From: Candidatus Multivoradales bacterium
GTDB taxonomy: Bacteria; Acidobacteriota; Thermoanaerobaculia; Multivoradales; J023
Length of the DNA: 64,000 bases
Direction of reading: 5' to 3'
Assembly: GCA_965248925.1 (NCBI GenBank)
Contig: CBDFLE010000006.1
Location: 3,808,001 to 3,872,000 of the forward strand
The notes under the pieces: generated by a model
Told to the model about the DNA's origin: nothing
The model's input: the letters and a program-made list of their open reading frames with translations, nothing else
Databases searched by the model: none
Shown here: positions 31,318 through 40,781 of the stretch, one piece after another
Layout of the letters: each line of letters starts with the position of its first letter
Position numbering within the stretch: position 1 is the first letter of the stretch
Program-made: the position numbers and the translations under genes

Positions 31318-31870
31318 GGATGTCTCTGCTGATGGGTACTGCCCAAATGGTCAGAGCTACAATTGCACGCGCGATCCGCGCACCGGCATCGTGCTTCGGC
31401 ATCTCCTGCACGAGAGCACAGTACAGCGCGCGAACCCTCGATCTGCGTGGGCGTGGAGGGATGCCCGGGAAGTCTACTCGGCAGCTGAAGCGCTCAGGTT
31501 GCGGAAGTTGCTGGCGTTCATCCGTCAGCCAAAGAATCTGAAAAACAGCGTCCGTGCACTCGTTAGTAATGGAGACAGGCATTCGAACGGGCCGCGAGTG
31601 CGTGCGGTAGATGACGCTCCCGGCCGTGTTCCGACGCATGAAGCGCGCCCCGCCGGTTGCCAATTTCACAGTGCTCTCGGTCGCTTGACCGGCCACGCCA
31701 TACTCGGTACGCTCTTTGATACGAAGTACTTACTTCATGGCAGCTGCACTGGCCGGCCGGGAAAATTCCGGCAAGCCGGTGCGCGCTACGCATGCTGGTG
31801 GCCGTCCGCAGAAGTTAGTAGATCATAAGGTTATGCGCAGGAAGCTAAGCAATTTCGAACTAGTGAGTGA

Positions 31871-32698
31871 GTGGATCCGATGCTAGGACGTTTTCTCGGT
31901 ATCGCGCTTCTACTTGCTCTCGCAGGCGGCTTCGTGCTGCTGGCGGTACTTCTATTCAGTTCACAGAGTGAAGAGCTCGTGCCGCTCGTCAAAGAGATCC
32001 GTGGCCCTTTTCTTGGCGCCTTCTTCGCGTTCTTGTTTTTGCGGTTTGCGGATGCAGCGACTCGGCTCTACGACCGGCAGGCTAAGGATCATAGCGCCTT
32101 GGTGAGGATGGAGCATGGGCTTTTCTCATCGATGAGAGTGCTTGAGGATGATTATGTGCTTGCCAAGGGCTTCGTAGACACTCTGTCAGAGCCAGTGCTC
32201 GATGGATCCCCACGGATTAGCGTGAATGAGCTTGCGCCGATCCCAATCGAAGCCGAGTTGTCGCTGGATATGCTCAACGTGGACTTCATCTCGGACCTTC
32301 TCCGTTACAACTCTCAGGTCCGGCAACTGAACGACAGCATGGGAATAGTCTCCCGAATGTACTCTGGAGCACTGAAGTCTCTGAACACTGGCCAAATCGA
32401 CTTGCAACAATACAAAGCGAATGCGTTGCTTGCTAGAGAGACCATGTGTCAGATTCAGACGAGGATCGGTCAAGTCACAAAGATGACCGTTGAGATGATC
32501 GCGCGCGCCAAGTTGTTGGGGCAAACCAGGAAGCCACTCTTGGCGTGGCTACTCCACAGGCTAGCGCCAACGAGCTATCCGAAGGGGTTCGAAGGTAAGG
32601 TGGCACTCGAGCTCAGCAGCATGCGGAAGAAGAAGCCAAGTGATAGCGACGGTGATGCTAGCAGACACCTCGTTCACGAAGCGGAATCGATAAAATGA
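31871..32698 (+). CDS. Hypothetical membrane-anchored protein (probable gene cassette)
   Basis: Two N-terminal TM segments; preceded by GTTATGC (31830) and followed by an attC-like site. Confidence 0.7.
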   Translation: MDPMLGRFLGIALLLALAGGFVLLAVLLFSSQSEELVPLVKEIRGPFLGAFFAFLFLRFADAATRLYDRQAKDHSALVRMEHGLFSSMRVLEDDYVLAKGFVDTLSEPVLDGSPRISVNELAPIPIEAELSLDMLNVDFISDLLRYNSQVRQLNDSMGIVSRMYSGALKSLNTGQIDLQQYKANALLARETMCQIQTRIGQVTKMTVEMIARAKLLGQTRKPLLAWLLHRLAPTSYPKGFEGKVALELSSMRKKKPSDSDGDASRHLVHEAESIK

Positions 32699-32699
32699 C

Positions 32700-32781
32700 G
32701 CATTACCAGGCGACTTCGCACGGGCGCCGGAGTTCGGATTCTGCCGCGACTTCCGTGGCGGTGAGCCGCGCTCCGTTGTGC
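32700..32781 (+). other. Degenerate attC-like site
   Basis: GCATTAC (one mismatch from GCATAAC, the complement of GTTATGC at 31830) ... GGTGAGCCGCGCTCC-GTTGTGC. Confidence 0.5.
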
Positions 32782-33105
32782 GACAAGAAGTCGCTTCGTA
32801 TAGGTGTCTTCCGTTGTGCGGCCGCGATTTTACATTTTCCTCGAGATTGAGATGACTTCAACCGAGACTTCCAGCTCCCTCAGAGTGCTCCTTCTTTTTG
32901 GAGCTCTTGCCACATCTCTGCACTCTGCTGCCCAAGCCGGCTGCGAGGCGATCTCAGGGAATCTTGTCCCAGGGTCAGGGCGCCACCCTCTCCGAACTCC
33001 GCGCCGCCGTTGAATTCAAGCTGTTCTACGCAAGACCGATGAAGGGGCTTGCCTGTTTGCCCGGTTACCGGGCAAACAGTATAGTGGCGATGAGGTGGAA
33101 CGGCA

Positions 33106-33402
33106 GTGATCGTCTCGTTTGGCGACAAGGGAACAGAAGACCAGTTTCACAACCGCGCTACGCGGCGGGCGAGGCGGTACCCGCAAGACATTCTTCGCTC
33201 TGCAACGCAGAAGCTCGACATGGTCAACGCCGCGCGGCAGCTCAGAGATCTGAGATCTCCGCCTGGCAACCGCCTCGAGCTTCACAAGGGCGACTTGAAG
33301 GAGTATCACAGCATCCGCATCAACAGCCAATGGAGGATCATCTTTCGGTGGGATTCGTCCGACGCGCTTTCGGTGCAGGTCGGGGACTACCACCGCGGAT
33401 GA
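33106..33402 (+). CDS. higB: HigB (RelE-like) toxin
   Basis: MIVSFGDKGTE...DLRSPPGNRLE..KGD....SIRINSQWRIIFRW. Confidence 0.92.
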   Translation: MIVSFGDKGTEDQFHNRATRRARRYPQDILRSATQKLDMVNAARQLRDLRSPPGNRLELHKGDLKEYHSIRINSQWRIIFRWDSSDALSVQVGDYHRG

Positions 33403-33414
33403 AAGGAGTGAGTC

Positions 33415-33702
33415 GTGCTACCAGAGAACCGTATTCCAACCCATCCAGGTGAGATTCTGCAAGGGCAGTTTCTGGAGCCGATGGGGTTGACGCAGGTTGG
33501 TCTTGCCGAAAATCTTGGCGTTCCCGTTCAGCGAATCAACGAGGTCGTGCGAGGGAAGCGAGGTGTGACCCCCAAGACGGCCTGGCTGCTTGCTCAGGCG
33601 TTCGATACGACTCCTGAGTTTTGGCTGAATCTGCAGACGAATCATGACCTGTCGCTCAATCGGCCAGGAAAAGCCGTGCCGCCATTGCGCAGAGCGGGTT
33701 GA
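33415..33702 (+). CDS. higA: HigA antitoxin
   Basis: PTHPGEIL..FLEPMGLTQ..LA..RINEVVRGKRGVTP..FWLNLQ. Confidence 0.92.
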   Translation: MLPENRIPTHPGEILQGQFLEPMGLTQVGLAENLGVPVQRINEVVRGKRGVTPKTAWLLAQAFDTTPEFWLNLQTNHDLSLNRPGKAVPPLRRAG

Positions 33703-33724
33703 TGCGGGAAAGCAGATCTGATCA

Positions 33725-33753
33725 GGTTGGGTCGATGAGTTGAGGGGATTTCC
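33725..33753 (+). repeat. 29-bp direct repeat (second copy 38769-38797)
   Basis: GGTTGGGTCGATGAGTTGAGGGGATTTCC exact at both sites. Confidence 0.9.
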
Positions 33754-34403
33754 TAGGGCTAGGGTGCCACCCAAGTCGTACTCACCTGTTTTCAACACCT
33801 TACGCCACACACGGGAGATTGCGATTCCAAGCCGCCCCGCAATCCATCAACTTTTCTCCCAAGACTGACAAGATCGGAGACCCTTTTCTCGTCCCTAGGT
33901 GCATGACAAGGCCATTACGACACGTACGCCCGGGCGGCGCCATGTTCGAGATCACAACCCGCTGCATGCTGAGCCGATTCCTGTTTCCTGCGGGTCAGCA
34001 CTTCCGCAGCATTGCGGTCGGCATCTTCGCCCGAGGCCAATCGCCGTGGCAAGGAGGTCGCCTCCGAGACCTTCACCGAACGCCACACCCTGCGGCTGGA
34101 TCCGCTGCTCTGCTGGCGGCATTTTCCGTCTGAGGAGATTCGACGGCGAAGCACCGAGATGGTCGAGAAGATCGACGCTGAGAGCGCCCGGAGGGTGGTG
34201 CTCAACGGCGCTGTACCTTTGGATTCGGCGGCGATCTGCCAGCAACACCTTCATGAGCGCCCGACTCGCAGCAAGAGGTCTCCGGCGCTGGCCATGCACG
34301 CAGCGTCGAAAGTGGTGAGGAGGCAGCTGAAGGAGGCCTACCGCCTCTTCGTCGAAGCCTATCCGGAATGTGTCAATGAAAGTGAGACACTTTCTTCTGG
34401 GAA

Positions 34404-35525
34404 TTAGTACGGAATCGGTAGTGGCTCCGGCACCATCGCTTTCAGCGAGGGCGCGCAGCCAGGGGTCTCGCCTGGTGCGTCGTTGTGTACGCGGTGTGTC
34501 ACTACGTTCTCGGTATCGACTGGGTCAGTGCTGGCGGCGGTGGTCGGCGGGTTGATCCAGACCTTGTCACTGGGCTCCGGCAAAGCCGGCGCTCGCCGCT
34601 TGAAGCGGCTTGGATGAGCGGCTGAGGCGGCGGCGAGGACTTCTCGACGTTGCTCCAGTACTGAGGCCGTGAGGCCGTAGTGGACGGTCTCTGGCGTCAA
34701 CAAGCCGAGTCCTGTGTGGTAGTGCTGCGTGTTGTACCAGCCGATGAACGAGCGGCAGAATGCTCGTGCATCTTCCAGTGATCCGAAGCGGTCGGGAAAG
34801 CTCGGATGGTACTTGAGCGTCTTGAACTGGGCCTCAGAGAACGGATTGTCGTTGCTCGTGTAGGGCCGGTTCAGCGACCGTGTCATCCCGAGATCGGCCA
34901 GCAGTAGAGCCACTGGCTTGGATGTCATGCTCGAACCGCGGTCCGAGTGCAAGGTAAGTCGATCTCGCTCAACACCTTGCTTCTCAACACTGTCGGCGAT
35001 CAACCGCTTCGCGAGCCCTCCGGACTCGCGGCAGGCGAGCATCCAGCCGACGATGTAGCGGCTGAAGACGTCCAGAATTACGTAAAGGTAGTAGTGGGTC
35101 CACTTCACCGGGCCCTTGAGCTTGGTGATGTCCCACGACCACACCTCGTTCGGCCCTGTGGCCAGCAGTTCGGGCTTGGTGTAGTTGGGATGACGCCGCT
35201 GACGGCGTCGCTCGCGCAGCTCGCCCTCAGACTCCAGGACCCGGTACATGGTGCGCACCGAGCAGATATGGCGCTGATCCTCGTCCAGCAGCGCCGCCCA
35301 GACTTGACGCGGCGAGCGGTCGACGAAGCGCTCCGAGTGCAACACATCGAGGACCTCCTGGCGTTCAGCGGGCGTCAATGCCAGCGGCGGTCGAGGCCGC
35401 GTTGATAGCTGCGGCCCTGCGCTCTGCTGCCGACGGCGGCGATAGAAAGTGGCTCTGGGGACCGCCAAGGCGACGCAGGCTGCTTGCACCCCCACCGTCT
35501 CGGCCAGCGGCGCCACAGCGCTCAT
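34404..35525 (-). CDS. IS3 OrfB (rve integrase core)
   Basis: WSWDIT, LHSDRG, NDNPFSEAQFKTLK DDE motifs. Confidence 0.93.
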   Translation of the reverse strand: MSAVAPLAETVGVQAACVALAVPRATFYRRRRQQSAGPQLSTRPRPPLALTPAERQEVLDVLHSERFVDRSPRQVWAALLDEDQRHICSVRTMYRVLESEGELRERRRQRRHPNYTKPELLATGPNEVWSWDITKLKGPVKWTHYYLYVILDVFSRYIVGWMLACRESGGLAKRLIADSVEKQGVERDRLTLHSDRGSSMTSKPVALLLADLGMTRSLNRPYTSNDNPFSEAQFKTLKYHPSFPDRFGSLEDARAFCRSFIGWYNTQHYHTGLGLLTPETVHYGLTASVLEQRREVLAAASAAHPSRFKRRAPALPEPSDKVWINPPTTAASTDPVDTENVVTHRVHNDAPGETPGCAPSLKAMVPEPLPIPY

Positions 35526-35986
35526 GGCTGGCTCTCGCTCGGCTCGATCCCTAGCAGCCGGGAAAGTTTTTTTTGGACATCGATGATCGTCTCGGCTTTG
35601 TACAGCTGATGCTTGAGCCGGGCATTCTCACGCTCAAGCTCCGCGACGCGGCGGGCCTCGGCAGAGACCGGTCGACGCTTGCGACCGCGCTTCTTCGACA
35701 GACCGGCCAGAGCTCCCGTGTCGCGCTGACGGCGCCACGTCGACAGTAGCGAGGAATACAGACCCTCCTGGCGAAGCAGGGCGCCAATCTCGCCGGGCTT
35801 GCTACAGGCGTCGGCGGCCTGGACGATGCGCAGCTTGTACGACGCGCTGTACCGCCGCCGCTTCGCCTTCTCAGCTACCTCGGGATCTGGTCGGTCAGCA
35901 CCCATATCTCGCAGCTCGTGGCTTGGACTCGCCATGGTGATTGCTCTCCACACCCTCACTAATTTCTCGGTACTTGAGTGTCTCAC
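35522..35986 (-). CDS. IS3 OrfA (HTH); likely start ~35935
   Basis: RRRYSASYKLRIV...GALLRQEGLYSS.L.TWR; A8 run near the 3' end is a candidate -1 frameshift site; ATGA overlap with orfB. Confidence 0.9.
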   Translation of the reverse strand: MRHSSTEKLVRVWRAITMASPSHELRDMGADRPDPEVAEKAKRRRYSASYKLRIVQAADACSKPGEIGALLRQEGLYSSLLSTWRRQRDTGALAGLSKKRGRKRRPVSAEARRVAELERENARLKHQLYKAETIIDVQKKLSRLLGIEPSESQP

Positions 35987-36112
35987 TTACATTGGCACAG
36001 AGGGATCGTGCAGCGGTGGCCCGCCTGCGATCGGGCGAGTACCCGGTGGAATTCCCTTCCGGCTGCTTTCCGCCCCCGCTTCCCTGTGTATCGAGCAATG
36101 CTGGGCGGCCCT

Positions 36113-36139
36113 GTAGCCGCGCGGGGCCAGCCCGCGCGG
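36113..36139 (+). repeat. REP-like palindrome
   Basis: GTAG tetranucleotide + CCGCGCGGG-gccag-CCCGCGCGG at the 3' end of the RAYT remnant. Confidence 0.65.
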
Positions 36140-36450
36140 CGGGATAGACCTCGTCGTCGCCAGCGTCACCGCCACCTAGAAGGCTCGCAAGTGATTGTAT
36201 TCGAATGCCTCTGTGGAGCTATGGGGGAGGTGTGTCGAGTCGATTCCGGATGATCTTTCGTCTCTATCAAAGGGTATTTCGGCAGGCTAACGATCACGGG
36301 CCTTCAACAGAAGAGCCTGATCAGGGCGCCTGCGGCCAGGAGCGCAGGTCACTCAGAGCTAGAAGACGGCAATCTCAGCGGATTCTGCCGAGATGGGTGG
36401 CCCGCTTCTGGCGGGCGACAGGTTCAGTTAATAGATGATAGCATCTTGGT

Positions 36451-36930
36451 ATGAAGCGCCGCGCATACATAGAGACTTCCTTGGTGAGCTACCTCGTTGC
36501 TCGGCCTAGCCGGGATGTCGTTGCTGCTGCTCATCAGCAGGTTTCGCTCGATTGGTGGGAGCATCGCCGCACGGACTTCGAGCTTTGCACTTCCCAACTC
36601 GTCCTCGATGAGGCGCGTCGCGGTGATCCGGACCTGGCGCAGCGCAGGATTGGAGCCCTTGACGGAATCCCTTTCCTGGAATTGACCAACACGGCCCGGA
36701 AGTTCGCTGTGTCCATTGTCGAGGAAGGTCTTCTTCACCAGGCGGCCTTTCCTGATGCGCTACACATCGCGATCGCGACAGTGCATCAAGTTGACTATCT
36801 TCTTACCTGGAACTGCTCCCACATCAACAATGCTGAGATCTTGCCGCGCATTGCGCTGATCTGCGAGCGTCTTGGCCTACTCTTACCGTATGTTTGCACT
36901 CCTGAAGAACTCCTTGGAGAGCCCCAATGA
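36451..36930 (+). CDS. PIN-domain (VapC-like) toxin
   Basis: YIETSLVSYL, SQLVLDE, DALHIAIA, YLLTWNC.HI. Confidence 0.88.
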   Translation: MKRRAYIETSLVSYLVARPSRDVVAAAHQQVSLDWWEHRRTDFELCTSQLVLDEARRGDPDLAQRRIGALDGIPFLELTNTARKFAVSIVEEGLLHQAAFPDALHIAIATVHQVDYLLTWNCSHINNAEILPRIALICERLGLLLPYVCTPEELLGEPQ

Positions 36931-37118
36931 GCACAGATCCAGTTGTCGAAGAGCTACATCGCCAACGCGCGGAAGAAATGAAGCGCTTCAACTTTGACTT
37001 CGATGCGTACTATCGACACCTCAAAGAGCAGGAAAGTCTCGCGGTGAAGCTTCTGCCGGCCGCAGCTACATCGACGCGGAACCCTTCGGTGCAGCGGACT
37101 CGCGTTGCTCGCTGCTGA
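36927..37118 (+). CDS. Small partner protein of the PIN toxin (putative antitoxin)
   Basis: MSTDPVVEELHRQR...FNFD; ATGA overlap; 3' end runs into the attC. Confidence 0.7.
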   Translation: MSTDPVVEELHRQRAEEMKRFNFDFDAYYRHLKEQESLAVKLLPAAATSTRNPSVQRTRVARC

Positions 37119-37134
37119 CCGTTGGCCGTTAGTC
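37076..37134 (+). other. attC integron recombination site (59 bp)
   Basis: GCGGAAC-CCTTCGGTGCAGCGGACTCGCGTTGCTCGCTGCTGACCGTTGGCC-GTTAGTC: R''/L''/L'/R' imperfect palindrome. Confidence 0.8.
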
Positions 37135-37196
37135 ACAAAGAGAAGATGGAGAAGCGCCAGAATCGTCGATGCGATCAGCAACACAAGGAGAATCCC

Positions 37197-37406
37197 ATGA
37201 ACCACGAGCACCCTTTACTAGAGCGCGCACAGAGGTACGTCCGTCAAGAAGTCGACTTAGAACCAGCCGGATGTCTTTATGACGAGGCAATTGGAGCTTG
37301 GCGGTTAGTCGAAACCGGAGAGCTTTGGGTTGAAACGCCCGGGCGCGTGGGACCCAGGACGAAGAAGGCGGATATCGAAACGGGCGAGGACCAGAAAGGT
37401 GAGTAA
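37197..37406 (+). CDS. Putative graspetide (ATP-grasp RiPP) precursor
   Basis: RBS AAGGAG; leader HPLL..Y....GAW; C-terminal core TKKADIETGEDQKGE rich in T/K donors and D/E acceptors; next to an ATP-grasp gene. Confidence 0.8.
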   Translation: MNHEHPLLERAQRYVRQEVDLEPAGCLYDEAIGAWRLVETGELWVETPGRVGPRTKKADIETGEDQKGE

Positions 37407-37412
37407 CCAACC

Positions 37413-38015
37413 ATGGACGCCATACCTGGAAGTCACAAGCCGCAGGTTCTTATCCTTGCGAGTCGGTACGACCTTACCTGCGACTTCGTCGTGGCTCAAC
37501 TCAGGACCAGGTCAGTTCCTTATCTGCGCCTGAATACAGAGGATCTCAGCGATTCGATTGTCTGTCTGGACCCCGTTGGACGGCACCTTGTGATCAAACA
37601 GAGCGGGGGGAGCTACTACATTACGCCGGACCATCTTCGCTCGGTGTTCTTCAGGCGTCCCGTCTTCCTTCGAGACTATGGTGACGACCATCGATCGCCC
37701 GAAGATCGCTTTTCGCGCCTCCATTGGATGGCGTTTGTTCGGAACCTGATGCTGTTCGAGGAAGCGTGCTGGATTAACAACCCCGCGACCACATACAAAG
37801 CGGAACACAAGGCCGTTCAGCTTTCCCTAGCAGCTACATTAGGCTTCGCTGTTCCAGAAACGCGGGTGACGAATGCACCATCCCCACAGTCGCTGGGCGC
37901 TCTGTCGGGGCAAGTGGCTATCAAAGGCCTCGATACGGTCCTGCTTCGGGATCAGGGTCATGAGATGTTTGGATTCACGACTTTCGAGTGTCGCGAAGCA
38001 CTGAGGCCCGCCTGA
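37413..38015 (+). pseudogene. MvdC/D-like ATP-grasp ligase, 3'-truncated
   Basis: VLILAS..D.TCDFV..YLRLNTED, SVFFRRP, WINNP..AEHK..QL..A..GF.VPET..TN, AIKG; stops at 200 aa before the C-terminal catalytic subdomain. Confidence 0.8.
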
Positions 38016-38114
38016 TCAGAGTGCCACCCTCCCCGTACTCTATTGCTCTCAATAGCTTACGCGTGGAGTCAAGGAAAAGCCCTAACCCTCTGGGCCTGGT
38101 CCAGGAGGAGGTTC

Positions 38115-38525
38115 TCAGCCGTCTTGAGCGCCGAAGAGGGCCAGCTCGATAGCGTTGGTGAAGGTGGTGAAGTTCTGGTCGGTGGTGAAGATCGAGTACC
38201 TTCGACGCCGGCTCACCGCGCAAATCAGGAAGTCGGTGTTGGACCCTTGGATGCTCCGAGACCGGCAGCGGTTGAAGCAGCGGGAGGCTTCTTCGTAGTC
38301 TTCGGTCTGTAGCTCGATGTCGGGGAAGGCTCGCAGCTTTGCTCGCAGCATCTCGAATTGTTCGTCGTGCTGGATGCCTGCGAGGAGTTCTTGGCGCACG
38401 GCACCGAGCATTTGCGCTCGGCCTTCGCGAATCAATTCGGTGAGCTGTCGCCGCTCGGGTGAGTTCTCAGCTCTTGAACGCCGAAATGACAGCGACCAGA
38501 TGGAGGTGTCGATCAATACCTTCAC
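38115..38525 (-). CDS. vapC: VapC PIN toxin
   Basis: VLIDTSIW, QELL.G, TDFLICA, IFTTDQNF. Confidence 0.9.
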   Translation of the reverse strand: MKVLIDTSIWSLSFRRSRAENSPERRQLTELIREGRAQMLGAVRQELLAGIQHDEQFEMLRAKLRAFPDIELQTEDYEEASRCFNRCRSRSIQGSNTDFLICAVSRRRRYSIFTTDQNFTTFTNAIELALFGAQDG

Positions 38526-38722
38526 TGCCGCTGCCGCTGCTTCTTGTAGTCGTAGTCGGGGTCTAAGTCGAGGGTTCCGAAGAGTTCTATGACTTGGAGC
38601 TGGCGGCGGTGCTGAACGTACTCTTCAAGAGCTTCGGTGACGGTCGCCTTCTTGGTTCGGTGACCACCGATCTCAAGGGCCTGTTGCAAGAGGCGTTCGT
38701 CGATTGCGAGGTTGGTTGCCAT
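38522..38722 (-). CDS. vapB: VapB antitoxin
   Basis: MATNLAIDERLL..A...GGHRTKKATVTEALEEY...DYDYKKQR; overlaps the vapC start. Confidence 0.9.
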   Translation of the reverse strand: MATNLAIDERLLQQALEIGGHRTKKATVTEALEEYVQHRRQLQVIELFGTLDLDPDYDYKKQRQRQ

Positions 38723-38820
38723 GTGTGAAGTCTTACACAGACGGAGCTACCAGGCAAGATCTCTTGTCGGTTGGGTCGATGAGTTGAGGGGATTTCCGGC
38801 TAGAATCCCCTTTCCAGATC

Positions 38821-40776
38821 TTGAACCGGCCGGAGGACCTGATTGTGATTGCCGTCAAGCCCGATATTTCGTTGCGTGCTCATGTTCCTTCGATGGACGA
38901 CTATCAGCGCCTGTACCAGGCATCGCTGGAGGATCCGCAGGCGTTTTGGCTGGATCAGGCGGAGCGGCTGAGCTGGTTTCAGCCGCCGTCGGAGGCTGGG
39001 GATTGCGATTTCAATAGCGTCGATATCTCCTGGTTTGCCGGTGGTCAGCTCAACGCTTGCTACAACTGTGTTGATCGCCACGCGCAGAGTCAGCCGGAGC
39101 GGACGGCGATCATCTGGGCCGCCGATGAGCCGGGTGAGTACACCCACATCAGCTATCGCCAGCTGCAACGCGAGGTCTCGCGAGTCGCTAATGTGCTGCT
39201 GGCCCACGGCGTTGGGCGCGGCGATCGGGTGTGCATCTACTTGCCGATGATCCCCGAACTGGCCTACACCATGCTGGCTTGCGCGCGCATTGGCGCGGTG
39301 CATTCAATCGTCTTTGCCGGCTTCTCGGCGGCGGCGCTGCGCGACCGTATCGTCGATGCCCACTGCAAGATCGTGGTGACCGCCAATCAGGGCCTGCGGG
39401 GTGGCAAGAGGATCCCGCTCAAGGAGACCACTGATGAGGCGGTCGAGGGGCTCGACTTTGTCGACAGCGTGCTGGTGGCTCGTCGCACCGACCATGATTC
39501 GGCGATGCGCGCCGGCCGCGACTACTGGCTTGACCAGGAAGCCGCCAAGCAGCGCGCGGTCTGCCCCGCCGAGTGGATGGATGCGGAGTCGCCGCTGTTC
39601 ATCCTCTACACCTCGGGCTCGACCGGTCAACCCAAGGGAGTACTGCACACCACCGGTGGCTACTTAGTCTACGCCTCTCTAACCCACCAGATCGTCTTCG
39701 ATATTCATGATGACGATGTCTATGCCTGTGTCGCGGATATCGGTTGGGTTACCGGCCACAGCTACATCATCTATGGGCCGCTGGCCAACGGCGCGACGAC
39801 GGTGATGTTCGAATCAGTGCCGACCTATCCCGACGCCGGCCGCTACTGGCAGCTGGTCGACGATCTCGGCATCACCGTGCTCTACACCGCGCCGACCGCC
39901 ATTCGCGCCATTGCCCGGGAGGGCGACGAATGGGTCAAGAAGTACAGCCGCAAGAGCTTGCGGGTGCTCGGCACGGTGGGCGAGCCGATCAATCCGGAGG
40001 TTTGGCAGTGGTACTACGAGGTGGTGGGCGAGGGCCGCTGCGCGATCGTCGATACTTGGTGGCAGACTGAAACCGGCGGCATTCTAATCACCCCGCTGCC
40101 GGGTGCGATCCCTACCAAGCCGGGTTCTGCGACCCTACCCTTCTTTGGTGTGGAGCCCTGCCTGGTGGATGAGGAGGGCCAGGAGATCGAGGGCAACGAG
40201 GTGCGCGGCAACCTGTGTCTGAAACGTTCTTGGCCAGGCCAGGCGCGGACTATCTACGGTGATCATAGTCGTTTCAAAGAGACCTACTTCAGCCAGTATC
40301 CGGGCCTCTACTTCACCGGCGATGGCTGCCGCCGCGACGAGGATGGCTATTATTGGATCACTGGCCGGGTGGATGATGTGCTCAATGTCTCCGGCCATCG
40401 GCTCGGCACCGCGGAGGTCGAGAGCGCGCTGGTGGCCCACGAAGCGGTCGCCGAGGCAGCAGTGGTGGGTTGCCCGCACGACATCAAGGGCACTGGCATC
40501 TTCGCCTATGTGCTGATCAACCCGGCTTTCGAGTCGACCCCGGTCGACGAGCTGGAGGCTATCCTGCGAGCCCAGGTGGCCAAAGTTATCGGGCCGATCG
40601 CCAAACCCGACCACATTCAGATCGCCCCCGGCCTGCCCAAGACCCGCTCGGGCAAGATCATGCGTCGCATTCTACGCAACATCGCCGCTGGCGCGTACGA
40701 CGATATGGGCGATATCTCGACCCTGGCCGATCCGGGGGTCGTCAAGCAGTTGATCGAGGCGCATCAACAAGGCTAG
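38821..40776 (+). CDS. acs: Acetate--CoA ligase
   Basis: [50 protein letters not shown]. Confidence 0.97.
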   Translation: MNRPEDLIVIAVKPDISLRAHVPSMDDYQRLYQASLEDPQAFWLDQAERLSWFQPPSEAGDCDFNSVDISWFAGGQLNACYNCVDRHAQSQPERTAIIWAADEPGEYTHISYRQLQREVSRVANVLLAHGVGRGDRVCIYLPMIPELAYTMLACARIGAVHSIVFAGFSAAALRDRIVDAHCKIVVTANQGLRGGKRIPLKETTDEAVEGLDFVDSVLVARRTDHDSAMRAGRDYWLDQEAAKQRAVCPAEWMDAESPLFILYTSGSTGQPKGVLHTTGGYLVYASLTHQIVFDIHDDDVYACVADIGWVTGHSYIIYGPLANGATTVMFESVPTYPDAGRYWQLVDDLGITVLYTAPTAIRAIAREGDEWVKKYSRKSLRVLGTVGEPINPEVWQWYYEVVGEGRCAIVDTWWQTETGGILITPLPGAIPTKPGSATLPFFGVEPCLVDEEGQEIEGNEVRGNLCLKRSWPGQARTIYGDHSRFKETYFSQYPGLYFTGDGCRRDEDGYYWITGRVDDVLNVSGHRLGTAEVESALVAHEAVAEAAVVGCPHDIKGTGIFAYVLINPAFESTPVDELEAILRAQVAKVIGPIAKPDHIQIAPGLPKTRSGKIMRRILRNIAAGAYDDMGDISTLADPGVVKQLIEAHQQG

Positions 40777-40781
40777 AAGGG

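Larger units (their letters stand above)
34364..36004 (-). mobile_element. IS3-family element
   Basis: Inverted repeats TGTGTCAATGAAAGTGAGACACT (34369) / AGTGTCTCACTTACATTGGCACA (to 35999); flanking ATC duplication at 34361-63 and 36005-07; orfA + orfB. Confidence 0.9.
33903..36147 (+). pseudogene. REP-associated tyrosine transposase (RAYT)-like remnant, internally deleted and IS3-interrupted
   Basis: N-terminus MTRPLRHVRPGGAMFEITTRC..RFLF; no HUH core; removing the IS restores EAYRAAVARLRSGEYPVEFPSGCFPPPLP; adjacent REP. Confidence 0.65.

Noticed and set aside
31318-31800. Integron integrase remnant upstream of the first cassette
   Set aside because: Only a weak AYRVWRGR resemblance; no tyrosine recombinase motifs (RHSFATH) in any listed ORF.
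40470-40781. 730-aa version of the phosphatase-family ORF
   Set aside because: The extension overlaps acs in another frame; ATG 40782 just after the acs stop is the plausible start.
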